Source: Candidatus Omnitrophota bacterium (GTDB lineage: Bacteria > Omnitrophota > Gorgyraeia > Gygaellales > Profunditerraquicolaceae). From it: a stretch of 64,000 nucleotides of DNA. The stretch spans positions 275,696 to 339,695 of the forward strand of contig CAWDSS010000010.1 of the NCBI GenBank assembly GCA_963805065.1, given 5' to 3'. Both the position numbers and the translations under genes were made by a program. The notes under the pieces were generated by a model that saw only the letters and a program-made list of their open reading frames with translations, searched no databases and had not been told where the DNA came from. Of this stretch, positions 1 to 7,485 are shown piece after piece. Each line of letters starts with the position of its first letter. The stretch's first letter is position 1.

Positions 1-654
1 CATAAAACTGGCAAAGAAAAGAACCAGGGGTATTGTAAGAAAAGCAAAAAACATACGCCCATATAGGCTTTTCATAACCGGCGTTAAGGATAAACCTACC
101 TGAAGCAGATACATGCGTGTATTTTTATAATAGTAAGGGGTAGTGATTATACGAAGCCTACGGTTGCCTATATTGACGTTATGGTAGGATACTATTTTTT
201 GCGCAGATTCGCTGGTACCCTTCAAAAGATACGATAGTAATTGCTCATCTACATTCTTGGAAGTCGCTATTGCCTGGCCGCTGGTGGTTGCCAAGACTAT
301 ATAATTATTGCGGATGTCGAGTTTCTCATAGATAAAAGACAAGCGCTTCTTTACTTCTTTAATCTTTTCCTGATTGGGATATGAGGCTTCCTCCTGCCTG
401 ATTACTGTATTGGCTGATAAATAAAATGCCCGCTGGTCATTTTCTAACACCGGCAAAAAAGAGTTTATGGCATTAGTTACCTCCTGTGCTTTTATGGCAA
501 GTTCCCGGTCAAGGTCGCGGTAAAGCGCATAACGTTGTCCGAAAAAGAGGATTGCGGTGTAAAAAATCAGGATAACGCCCAGGATTGCCGTATATAACAA
601 GCTGACTTTGAACCTGATAGAATTGAATCCTATAAGTTTTATTCTTTTAGACAA
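1..654 (-). CDS. sensor histidine kinase, N-terminal part (gene runs off window start)
   Basis: The minus-strand frame is open from a TTG at 654 to position 1, and that TTG overlaps the response-regulator stop. Translation MSKRIKLIGFNSIRFKVSLLYTAILGVILIFY...RMFFAFLTIPLVLFFASFM shows two TM helices around a ~150-aa extracytoplasmic segment. This is the usual layout directly downstream of an OmpR-type regulator. It is missing from the ORF track because it is truncated. Confidence 0.6.
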   Translation of the reverse strand, partial: MSKRIKLIGFNSIRFKVSLLYTAILGVILIFYTAILFFGQRYALYRDLDRELAIKAQEVTNAINSFLPVLENDQRAFYLSANTVIRQEEASYPNQEKIKEVKKRLSFIYEKLDIRNNYIVLATTSGQAIATSKNVDEQLLSYLLKGTSESAQKIVSYHNVNIGNRRLRIITTPYYYKNTRMYLLQVGLSLTPVMKSLYGRMFFAFLTIPLVLFFASFM

Positions 655-1307
655 TAACCGCTCCCGCGAATGGTGTGAATCAGGGGCTTAGGAAACCCCT
701 TGTCAATTTTATTACGCAGATATTTAACAAATACGTCGATAACATTGGTAAGGCTGTCAAAATCTTCATGCCAGACATGTTCTGAAATCATGGTGCGGGT
801 AATCACTGCGCGGGGGTTAAGCATAAAATATTCAAGCAGGGCATATTCCTTGCTAGTAAGCTCAATTTCCCTTCCCTGCCGCGTGACTTTGTGGGTAAGC
901 TGGTTTAATTCCAAATCCGCCAGTTTAAGAATGCCTCCCTGGATTGGCCTTTGCCTCCTTAGCAAGGCCTGGACCCTGGCTAAAAGCTCCTTAAAAGCAA
1001 ACGGCTTTGCCAGGTAATCATCGGCACCGCAATTAAGGCCGCGCACCTTATCTTCAGCGGTGTTCTTGGCAGAAAGCATAAGAATCGGCATATCTTTCTT
1101 TTGGCTGCGTAGCTGCCGGCATATAGATATCCCGTCCTGGCCCGGAAGCCTGATGTCAAGGATAAGCAAATCGTAATCATTAACCTCGGCTAGATAAAGT
1201 CCTTTCTCTCCGTCTCCGGCAACATCCACTATATAATGGGCTTCTTTGAGACCCCGTGCGACAAAAGAAGCGATTTTTTCCTCATCTTCAACTAATAGAA
1301 TACGCAT
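639..1307 (-). CDS. OmpR/PhoB-family two-component response regulator
   Basis: 222 aa. The receiver domain is MRILLVEDEEKI...DLLILDIRLPGQDG...LSAK, and the C-terminal winged-helix is LTSKEYALLEYF...IHTIRGSGYCL. Confidence 0.9.
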   Translation of the reverse strand: MRILLVEDEEKIASFVARGLKEAHYIVDVAGDGEKGLYLAEVNDYDLLILDIRLPGQDGISICRQLRSQKKDMPILMLSAKNTAEDKVRGLNCGADDYLAKPFAFKELLARVQALLRRQRPIQGGILKLADLELNQLTHKVTRQGREIELTSKEYALLEYFMLNPRAVITRTMISEHVWHEDFDSLTNVIDVFVKYLRNKIDKGFPKPLIHTIRGSGYCLKE

Positions 1308-1346
1308 GGTTTATCCGTTTTTAATGCAACCCGTTTAGCGTACATA

Positions 1347-3365
1347 CTAATCGTTGCGCTTGGATGATAAAGACTCTATAATCTTTTCAACGTCCCTATC
1401 TATCTTTCTCTCTATGAAATGGGGAATAGATGCCTGAATTTTTCTTTTGAAATCCGATTGCAGCCACTGGAAGTTCATTTTATGCAAATTACCCGAAAGC
1501 TGGAAATCAAAAATTAGATTCTTAAAGTCTTTTCCCAAAAGATTAAGCAGGGGCGTAAATTTTCTAGACCGCCGCAGCAGTTCTCTGGTAAAGGACAAAG
1601 AAATCTTGCTGGAAACTAAATCTTTGTGCCCCAGGTTAAAAAAACCATTCAGGTTGACGTCTTTGGATTCAAGATACATGTTTTGCAGTCCGGCACCTTC
1701 TTCGTTAACCAGGAAATTTGAGGCTGCCCGCTTAAAGTATATTTTCTTAAGCGCTGACAAATCAAAGAAATCGGCTAACCATTTGAAGAATTGCAAATTA
1801 TATACATAACCTTTCTCTATATCCATGTCCCCTTTTAAATATGGATACGGAAGGCTGCTGAAATACATTGAGCTGGCTAACTTACCGCGAAATTTGGAAA
1901 AATGAATTAATAAACCATCGAGCTTGTTGGCGCTAACATTGTTTATTCTGGCCATAGCAGTAATTGTAGGGGGCCACTTGGATGTATCAAAGCGCCCCTG
2001 GCCTCTCAATACCCCGTCATAAAACAGAGAGCTGAATTTAACAAATTTTTCTTTCTCATTCTTAAGGAAAATTTCGGAATTTAAATCTTTCCAAGATAAT
2101 TGGTATTCATTTTGATTTGTTTGAAGGAATAAATTACCTTCCCCCAGGGACATCCTGAGGTGGGGGTATTGACTAAAATATAAATTTAATTTGTCAAAAC
2201 CCAATTCAAACCCCTCTAAAGGCAGGCCGCCTGCCTTCTTCTTTACAGACTCAAGCTTGAGTATCCCGTTACTACTAAATATATTATCCCTCAATGTCCC
2301 TTTTATTTTTAGCTCTACATTTTTAATATCTTCTGACTGTCCGTATTTTAAATTCATTAAGGAGGAAGAAATTACCAAATCTATAGTGACAGGGTCCAAA
2401 AGCACAATATTTCCTTTCAAGCTGACTGGATTGTTATTCAGGGAAAACTTTAGGCGTTCTATTTGAAGTAAAGGAAAATTAAAATTTCCCTGGCAGTCTA
2501 TATCAAGTATAAATAAGTTTGCCTGGGGCAGCCGCGCAACCGAAAGAATCCCCGGGCCCTCTTTAAAAAACCTCAAATTTTCAGTGACATTAAATGCTGA
2601 TCCCTGATGTTCGCTTTCTTTAAAAAGCGTATTCATGAAGATAAACCCGCTGAATCTAAAACTGCCGCCCTTTAAATTACCCTTTAATTGCGAAGAAAAA
2701 TTCTCCCTCGCTAATTCTAATTTTTCTATGGATATCCCGTTTCCTGTGAAAAGTGCCTCAATATTATACTTTAGGGGGAATTCCAGAGTTGGGTTTGCGG
2801 GCGTAACCTTGCTAATTGAGCCGAAGCTGGAAATAGAATTGCCTTTTATCAATAAAACGAAGTCTACGAAAGCATACTTAAAACCGATATTTTCTTTTGT
2901 AAAATCCGACTTGAGTCTTTTTATAAAAATGTTGATATCCTGTTTGTGCAAACTATGGATAAATGCCATAATTTGCTTAAAATTATACCTTAGGAAATTT
3001 CTAAACTCATAAGAATTCAGCTTAGCCCCATATACGTAAATATCTGAAACTAATAAATGCCTTTTTGTTAAGATTTCGCGCAAAGATAGTTTCATGCATA
3101 CGGTAGGCATAAAAAAAGATGCATTCTGATCAGGGAACATTACTTCCCTTAGTGAGACGTTTTTTAAAATAATGAAGTTGGGCGGCAGGTATATAATACG
3201 GGCTATGGTTATTTTTTTATCAAAATATTTTTCCAGAGGGAGTGTTAATTTATCTTTTGATACGGCAAGAATTATATTAAAGGATGCTGTGGTAAATGCG
3301 ATTACTAAAAGCAGGATACAGATGATAAACCAGAATTTACTAAATTTAATATGATATTTGCGCAA
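1347..3365 (-). CDS. large membrane-anchored hypothetical protein (AsmA-like architecture)
   Basis: 672 aa. An N-terminal TM anchor (FWFIICILLLVIAFTTASF) is followed by a long, apparently beta-rich extracytoplasmic region. No diagnostic motif was recognised. Confidence 0.4.
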   Translation of the reverse strand: MRKYHIKFSKFWFIICILLLVIAFTTASFNIILAVSKDKLTLPLEKYFDKKITIARIIYLPPNFIILKNVSLREVMFPDQNASFFMPTVCMKLSLREILTKRHLLVSDIYVYGAKLNSYEFRNFLRYNFKQIMAFIHSLHKQDINIFIKRLKSDFTKENIGFKYAFVDFVLLIKGNSISSFGSISKVTPANPTLEFPLKYNIEALFTGNGISIEKLELARENFSSQLKGNLKGGSFRFSGFIFMNTLFKESEHQGSAFNVTENLRFFKEGPGILSVARLPQANLFILDIDCQGNFNFPLLQIERLKFSLNNNPVSLKGNIVLLDPVTIDLVISSSLMNLKYGQSEDIKNVELKIKGTLRDNIFSSNGILKLESVKKKAGGLPLEGFELGFDKLNLYFSQYPHLRMSLGEGNLFLQTNQNEYQLSWKDLNSEIFLKNEKEKFVKFSSLFYDGVLRGQGRFDTSKWPPTITAMARINNVSANKLDGLLIHFSKFRGKLASSMYFSSLPYPYLKGDMDIEKGYVYNLQFFKWLADFFDLSALKKIYFKRAASNFLVNEEGAGLQNMYLESKDVNLNGFFNLGHKDLVSSKISLSFTRELLRRSRKFTPLLNLLGKDFKNLIFDFQLSGNLHKMNFQWLQSDFKRKIQASIPHFIERKIDRDVEKIIESLSSKRND

Positions 3366-3870
3366 ATAACTCGCCCTCTAAGTAAAATTCTATCTTCTCT
3401 ATATAATAGACTGCCTTATATTTTTTACCAAGAGGAGACTTGTATTTAAATTCTTTAGAATTCTTAAATAAGAAAATCTGTTGCTTAAAAGTCAGTATTG
3501 CATTCTCTAAATTACTCACTACGGCCTCGTTACCCTGAATTTCTGCTATTTTTAAAAGATAGACAAGAGCAAATAATTTGGATTTAGAATCCGGGTAATC
3601 ATTGATTAATTTAACGAATGCGTCATTCGCACCACGATAATTTTCAGTATCAAAGTAATATTCTCCTGTTGCAAATAATGCATCCGGCTTATATTTTGAT
3701 TCGGCAGAATTAGCCACAATCGACTGAAAATTCATAAATGCAGAAATAAAATCTCCGGATTTTGCCGCATTGATTCCTTCGTAATATATCTGCTTATCTT
3801 CCTGTGCATATACTGTAATGCCAGATAGAAGAATCAGAAAAAAAATGATACTTACTCTTTTAAATATCAT
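3346..3870 (-). CDS. secreted TPR-like repeat protein
   Basis: 174 aa. It has a signal peptide (IIFFLILLSGITVYAQ) and TPR-like helical repeats of the YbgF/BamD type (GDFISAFMNFQSIV, YKPDALFATGEYYF, GANDAFVKLINDYP). Confidence 0.5.
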   Translation of the reverse strand: MIFKRVSIIFFLILLSGITVYAQEDKQIYYEGINAAKSGDFISAFMNFQSIVANSAESKYKPDALFATGEYYFDTENYRGANDAFVKLINDYPDSKSKLFALVYLLKIAEIQGNEAVVSNLENAILTFKQQIFLFKNSKEFKYKSPLGKKYKAVYYIEKIEFYLEGELFAQISY

Positions 3871-3913
3871 CTAAACGCTCCTTTAGGTTGGCAATTTCTC
3901 ATCGCCGTTCTTG

Positions 3914-4133
3914 CTTTCATTAGTATGGCTATGGAGGCACCAAAACACATTGTTTGCAATCGAAGATTCCAAATCACATTGATTTGGAATAGATTCTGCG
4001 CCACATTGGTGTTAAGATACCAAAACACATTGTTTTGGTATCTCCGTTATCTTTCATTAATGCAGCTATGGAGGCACCAAAATACATTATTTTGGTGCCG
4101 TAGCCTTTTTTCATTAATGAAAAAAGGCTACGG
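3914..4133 (-). repeat. tandem hairpin-repeat array 1 plus tRNA trailer hairpin (downstream of tRNA-Ser GGA)
   Basis: The palindromic units are 3941-3956 (degenerate), 3966-3990 (ATTCCAAATCACATTGATTTGGAAT), 4016-4042 (GATACCAAAACACATTGTTTTGGTATC) and 4073-4099 (GGCACCAAAATACATTATTTTGGTGCC). A degenerate ATTAAT hairpin lies at 4041-4072, and the perfect trailer palindrome is at 4098-4133. Confidence 0.85.
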
Positions 4134-4215
4134 AGAGGCAGGGATTTGAACCCTGGGACCCTTGCGAGTCATACGCTCTCCAAGCGTACGCATTCAACCG
4201 CTCTGCCACCTCTCC
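4131..4215 (-). tRNA. tRNA-Ser (anticodon GGA)
   Basis: The reverse complement reads GGAGAGG TG GCAGAGCGGTTGAATGC G TACGC TTGGAGA GCGTA, then a long variable arm, then CAGGG TTCAAAT CCCTG CCTCTCC G. It folds as a class II cloverleaf by hand. No CCA is encoded. Confidence 0.85.
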
Positions 4216-4637
4216 AAAAAATTTTAATGTAAAATTTTTTGGATTCTGTAGGCAATGCTTAGATTAATCTAAGCATTGCCGCAAGAATCTCCAAAGTCGT
4301 TCGCTATTGCTTAATCAATACTTATCAGTAAACAAATAACAGTTGTTGCTTTATTTATTACGTAGCTTTATATTTTAGGACGCTCACTCCTCATAGGGGA
4401 AACCCGTTTGGTTTCCCCTGATGACGCTCTCCGCCAGCTGTTAGCTTTGGTCGCTGTCACCCCTTCCTTCGCAATTTAGAGAAACATCCTTAAGGGGAAA
4501 ACAATCTTTTCCCCTTAATAATCCCTTTTTTAGGTTTTTAACAACAGAACTTAAAACCACTTCTATTGTCCTGCTTCGCAGGATAGTTGTTAAAAACCTT
4601 TGTCGTTCGCTTGAGCTTTGTTTGTCAGATTACCAGA

Positions 4638-4753
4638 TCCTGAAATACATTATTTCAGGACTAAGATACCAAAACACATTGTTTTGGGACAAAGAAGCCA
4701 AAATACATTATTTTGGCTTCTCCGTGATTTTTCATTAATGAAAAATCACGGAG
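4638..4753 (-). repeat. tandem hairpin-repeat array 2 plus tRNA trailer hairpin (downstream of tRNA-Ser CGA)
   Basis: The units are 4638-4660 (TCCTGAAATACATTATTTCAGGA), 4669-4687 (CCAAAACACATTGTTTTGG) and 4694-4720 (GAAGCCAAAATACATTATTTTGGCTTC). The trailer palindrome is at 4720-4753 (CTCCGTGATTTTTCATTAATGAAAAATCACGGAG). Confidence 0.85.
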
Positions 4754-4835
4754 AGTGGAGGATTTGAACCTCCGGTCACCTTACGGCGACAACGGTTTTC
4801 GAAACCGCCGCATTCAACCGCTCTGCCAACTCTCC
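4749..4835 (-). tRNA. tRNA-Ser (anticodon CGA)
   Basis: The reverse complement reads GGAGAGT TG GCAGAGCGGTTGAATGC G GCGGT TTCGAAA ACCGT, then a long variable arm, then GGAGG TTCAAAT CCTCC ACTCTCC G. No CCA is encoded. Confidence 0.85.
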
Positions 4836-4869
4836 AGATTTATGAATACATACACGACTTTATCTGAAC

Positions 4870-5151
4870 TCAGCCTCTGAATACCAGTAAAAAAACTACT
4901 GAAGAAATAATACAGATTAATCCGACAATAACCCTTTTCTTTAATAGGCTTTCCTGAAAAGTATAAATCGTAGTCTCTAACTTAGGGATCATTATTTTTT
5001 TTAACCCAAAAATTTCTTTACCTAAAATACCTTCTAGTCTTCTGTATTTGTACTCGGCAATTAACAATAATACTCCCACTACAAAAACCACGGGGCTGAC
5101 GAATAATAACGCACTTTTCATGATATCGAAAATCGTTAATTCCGGAGCCAT
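4870..5151 (-). CDS. small membrane protein, two predicted TM helices, unknown function
   Basis: 93-aa ORF with hydrophobic segments ALLFVSPVVFVVGVLLLIA and VIVGLICIISSVVFLLVF. It lies between two tRNA-Ser genes. Confidence 0.45.
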   Translation of the reverse strand: MAPELTIFDIMKSALLFVSPVVFVVGVLLLIAEYKYRRLEGILGKEIFGLKKIMIPKLETTIYTFQESLLKKRVIVGLICIISSVVFLLVFRG

Positions 5152-5192
5152 TCTATACCTCCTTGCTTTGCTTGCGGATTAAAAGGTATCGA

Positions 5193-5350
5193 GGCACTGA
5201 AATACATTATTTCAGTTACGCAATAGGCACCAAAATACATTATTTTGGGTCTCAATAGGTACTAAAATATATTATTTTGGGCAACGATAGGCACTGAAAC
5301 ACATTGTTTCAGTGCCACCGCTTAGCTTCATTAATGAAGCTAAGCGGTGG
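5193..5350 (-). repeat. tandem hairpin-repeat array 3 plus tRNA trailer hairpin (downstream of tRNA-Ser TGA)
   Basis: Four units with a 32-33-nt period start at 5193, 5226, 5258 and 5290. One example is GGCACTGAAACACATTGTTTCAGTGCC at 5290-5316. The trailer palindrome is at 5315-5350 (CCACCGCTTAGCTTCATTAATGAAGCTAAGCGGTGG). Confidence 0.85.
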
Positions 5351-5433
5351 GGGTGAGATTTGAACTCACGGAGGGGAGAAATCCCCTCAACAGTTTTCAA
5401 GACTGCCGCTTTCAACCGCTCAGCCACCCCACC
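5345..5433 (-). tRNA. tRNA-Ser (anticodon TGA)
   Basis: The reverse complement reads GGTGGGG TG GCTGAGCGGTTGAAAGC G GCAGT CTTGAAA ACTGT, then a long variable arm, then GTGAG TTCAAAT CTCAC CCCCACC G. No CCA is encoded. Confidence 0.85.
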
Positions 5434-5543
5434 TATCCTGTTTTTCCCGCATCTATGAATTTTATTGTCGGGCGGGATCCCGCCTGTGATTTAATAGCCG
5501 AGCGGGACAAGACAAGCCCATTCGACCACTCTGGCACCCCACC
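5434..5543 (-). pseudogene. tRNA-like 5' half (class II, Ser-like) interrupted by a 63-nt twin-hairpin module and truncated after the anticodon stem
   Basis: The minus strand reads GGTGGGG TG CCA GAGTGGTCGAA TGG G CTTGT CTTG, then [TCCCGC-N18-GCGGGA][TCCCGC-N21-GCGGGA], then AAA ACAGG ATA, after which tRNA-Ser(TGA) begins. The variable arm, T arm and 3' acceptor strand are absent. Confidence 0.55.
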
Positions 5544-5551
5544 AGAACTAA

Positions 5552-6238
5552 TTATAAGAAAAGCTGTTTAAACACAGCATAAAATATACTCTCAGCCGAA
5601 AGGAATGCGCTGTTGAAGAAATTAACAAAGGAGAACTGTTTAAAAATGAAACTAAGGCTTAGGGAAAGCAGGATTAAATTGACTATAAAAATAAAAGAAA
5701 ACCCGAAAATGTAATTTGCTTTCAGGAAATCATTTTGTTTTGTCCGCACTGACTTTGCGCTGAATACCAAATGTAATGCCACACTGAAACTAAAAATAAA
5801 CAAGAAAAAATAAAAGAAATCTTTGGATTTAAAAATTAAAGAAAGCGGTAAGTACAAAATAAATACAATAATCGCATAGACCGGCAATACGAACGGCGCC
5901 ACCTTTACCAGAGGAGAAAAGAAACTGAATATAACCTCAAGCAGCCTGTGGCCTTTACGATAAATCGCTGCCGGTTCAAACACAAACAAATGTATGAGAA
6001 GAAAAGTTATTATGCCTGCCCAAAAATAACTTTGCGACGGTAAATCTATCAGCCCTAATTCTTTTAAAAATGATACCGATATCGAATATACGAACGGCAA
6101 AAGGCAAACCCCTAAGACAAATTTTATGATTCCAAACAACTTATCGGAAATTCCCGATATTCTGGAACGAGCACCCTCTAAAATCCTGGGACCCTCTTTT
6201 TTAGGAAGTTCTTTCTTAGGAAATTCTTTCTTTTCCAT
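5552..6238 (-). CDS. polytopic membrane protein, unknown function
   Basis: 228 aa. A lysine-rich N-terminus (KKEFPKKELPKKEGP) is followed by about 6 hydrophobic helices. The gene overlaps the serS 3' end by 23 nt. Confidence 0.5.
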   Translation of the reverse strand: MEKKEFPKKELPKKEGPRILEGARSRISGISDKLFGIIKFVLGVCLLPFVYSISVSFLKELGLIDLPSQSYFWAGIITFLLIHLFVFEPAAIYRKGHRLLEVIFSFFSPLVKVAPFVLPVYAIIVFILYLPLSLIFKSKDFFYFFLFIFSFSVALHLVFSAKSVRTKQNDFLKANYIFGFSFIFIVNLILLSLSLSFIFKQFSFVNFFNSAFLSAESIFYAVFKQLFL

Positions 6239-7484
6239 CTAAATATGTCCTTAAGACTTGCGGTATTATTACCGAGCCGTCTTTTTGTTGGTAGTTCTCA
6301 ATTATCGCTATCACTGTGCGCGCCAAAGCAATGCCTGAACCGTTGAGGGTATGTACAAAATCGATTTTCTTCGTGCCTTTTCTTCTGAATCTTATATTTG
6401 CCCTGCGTGCCTGGAAACCCTCAAAATTTGAACAACTGGATACTTCCAGCCACTTGTCCACTCCTGCGGCATATGCTTCAAGGTCATAGCATTTGCTTGC
6501 GGAAAAACTCAGATCTTCTGTAGATAACATTACTACCCGGTAAGGTAAACCCAATAATTGAAGTACCTCCTCTGCATCCTTGACTAATTTTTCCAACTCA
6601 TCATAAGAAGTCTCAGGCTTAACAAATTTAACCATTTCCACTTTATCAAACTGATGCACGCGCATAAGGCCTTTGGTATCTTTGCCGTATGAACCTGCCT
6701 CTCTTCTAAAGCATGCGGTATAAGCAGTATAATAAATAGGCAAGCTATCTTCGTCTAAAACTTCGTCCCGAAAGATATTTGTTACCGGCACTTCTGCGGT
6801 AGGAATTAAAAATAAATCGTCATCTTTTAAGCGGTACATATCTTCTTCCAGCTTGGGAAGCTGGCCTGTGCCGGTCATGGAAGCCCTGTTTACCAGAAAA
6901 GGTGGAAAAACTTCAGTATAGCCGTGTTTTTTGGTATGCAAGTCAAGCATGAAGTTTAATAATGCTCTTTCAAGTTTTGCACCCCAGCCTTTATAAAGAA
7001 TAAAATTTGAACCCGTGATTTTTGCCGCGCGGTTAAAATCAATTATATCCAGATGCTGGCTAAGTTCTATATGGCTAAGCGGCTGGTAATCAAATTTTGG
7101 CAAATCGCCCCACGAGCGCACAGTTTCTTTTTTTGAATGATCTCCGATAGGAATGGTTGAATCTGGTACATTAGGAATAGTTAACAATATTTTATCTAAC
7201 TCGGTTTCTGCTTGTTTTAATTTGTCTTCCAGTTGATCTATTTTATTTGAAATCTCCTTCATTGAGTAAATTTTTGCTTTTGCATCTTTTTTCTCTTTTA
7301 ATAGGCCGGTGATTTCATCGTTTGCCTTGTTCCTTTTTGCCCTTAACTCTTCCAATTCAACCAGGGCCTGCCTTCGCGCATCATCAACTTTCAACAAGGC
7401 AGATAAATCTAGCTTGAGATTACGGTTGTTCAAAGACTGCTTTACTAAATCCTGATTTTCGCGAATGAATTTTATGTCTAACAT
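6216..7484 (-). CDS. serS: seryl-tRNA synthetase
   Basis: 422 aa. It has an N-terminal coiled-coil tRNA-binding arm (MLDIKFIRENQDLV...) and class II core motifs (FRREAGSYGKDTKGLMRVHQF, TLNGSGIALARTV). Confidence 0.95.
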   Translation of the reverse strand: MLDIKFIRENQDLVKQSLNNRNLKLDLSALLKVDDARRQALVELEELRAKRNKANDEITGLLKEKKDAKAKIYSMKEISNKIDQLEDKLKQAETELDKILLTIPNVPDSTIPIGDHSKKETVRSWGDLPKFDYQPLSHIELSQHLDIIDFNRAAKITGSNFILYKGWGAKLERALLNFMLDLHTKKHGYTEVFPPFLVNRASMTGTGQLPKLEEDMYRLKDDDLFLIPTAEVPVTNIFRDEVLDEDSLPIYYTAYTACFRREAGSYGKDTKGLMRVHQFDKVEMVKFVKPETSYDELEKLVKDAEEVLQLLGLPYRVVMLSTEDLSFSASKCYDLEAYAAGVDKWLEVSSCSNFEGFQARRANIRFRRKGTKKIDFVHTLNGSGIALARTVIAIIENYQQKDGSVIIPQVLRTYLDGKERIS

Positions 7485-7485
7485 T

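Noticed and set aside
700-1017. Numerous plus-strand ORFs antisense to long minus-strand genes, for example 700..1017, 7720..8250, 16425..16919, 17445..17870, 51830..52285 and 56671..57117.
   Set aside because: They are shadow ORFs opposite well-supported conserved genes. Their products are low-complexity and Ser/Leu/Phe-rich, and they have no ribosome-binding sites.
4296-4612. tmRNA-like tag starts: GCG AAC GAC ... in two places on the minus strand.
   Set aside because: The putative tags (ANDKGF*, ANDFGDSCGNA*) lack the usual hydrophobic ...LAA end. No tRNA-like acceptor/T-arm domain or pseudoknots flank them.
3914-5350. The hairpin arrays could be CRISPR arrays.
   Set aside because: The ~32-nt period is the unit itself and there are no unique spacers between repeats. 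The units differ from each other by compensatory changes. No cas genes or leader are present in the window.
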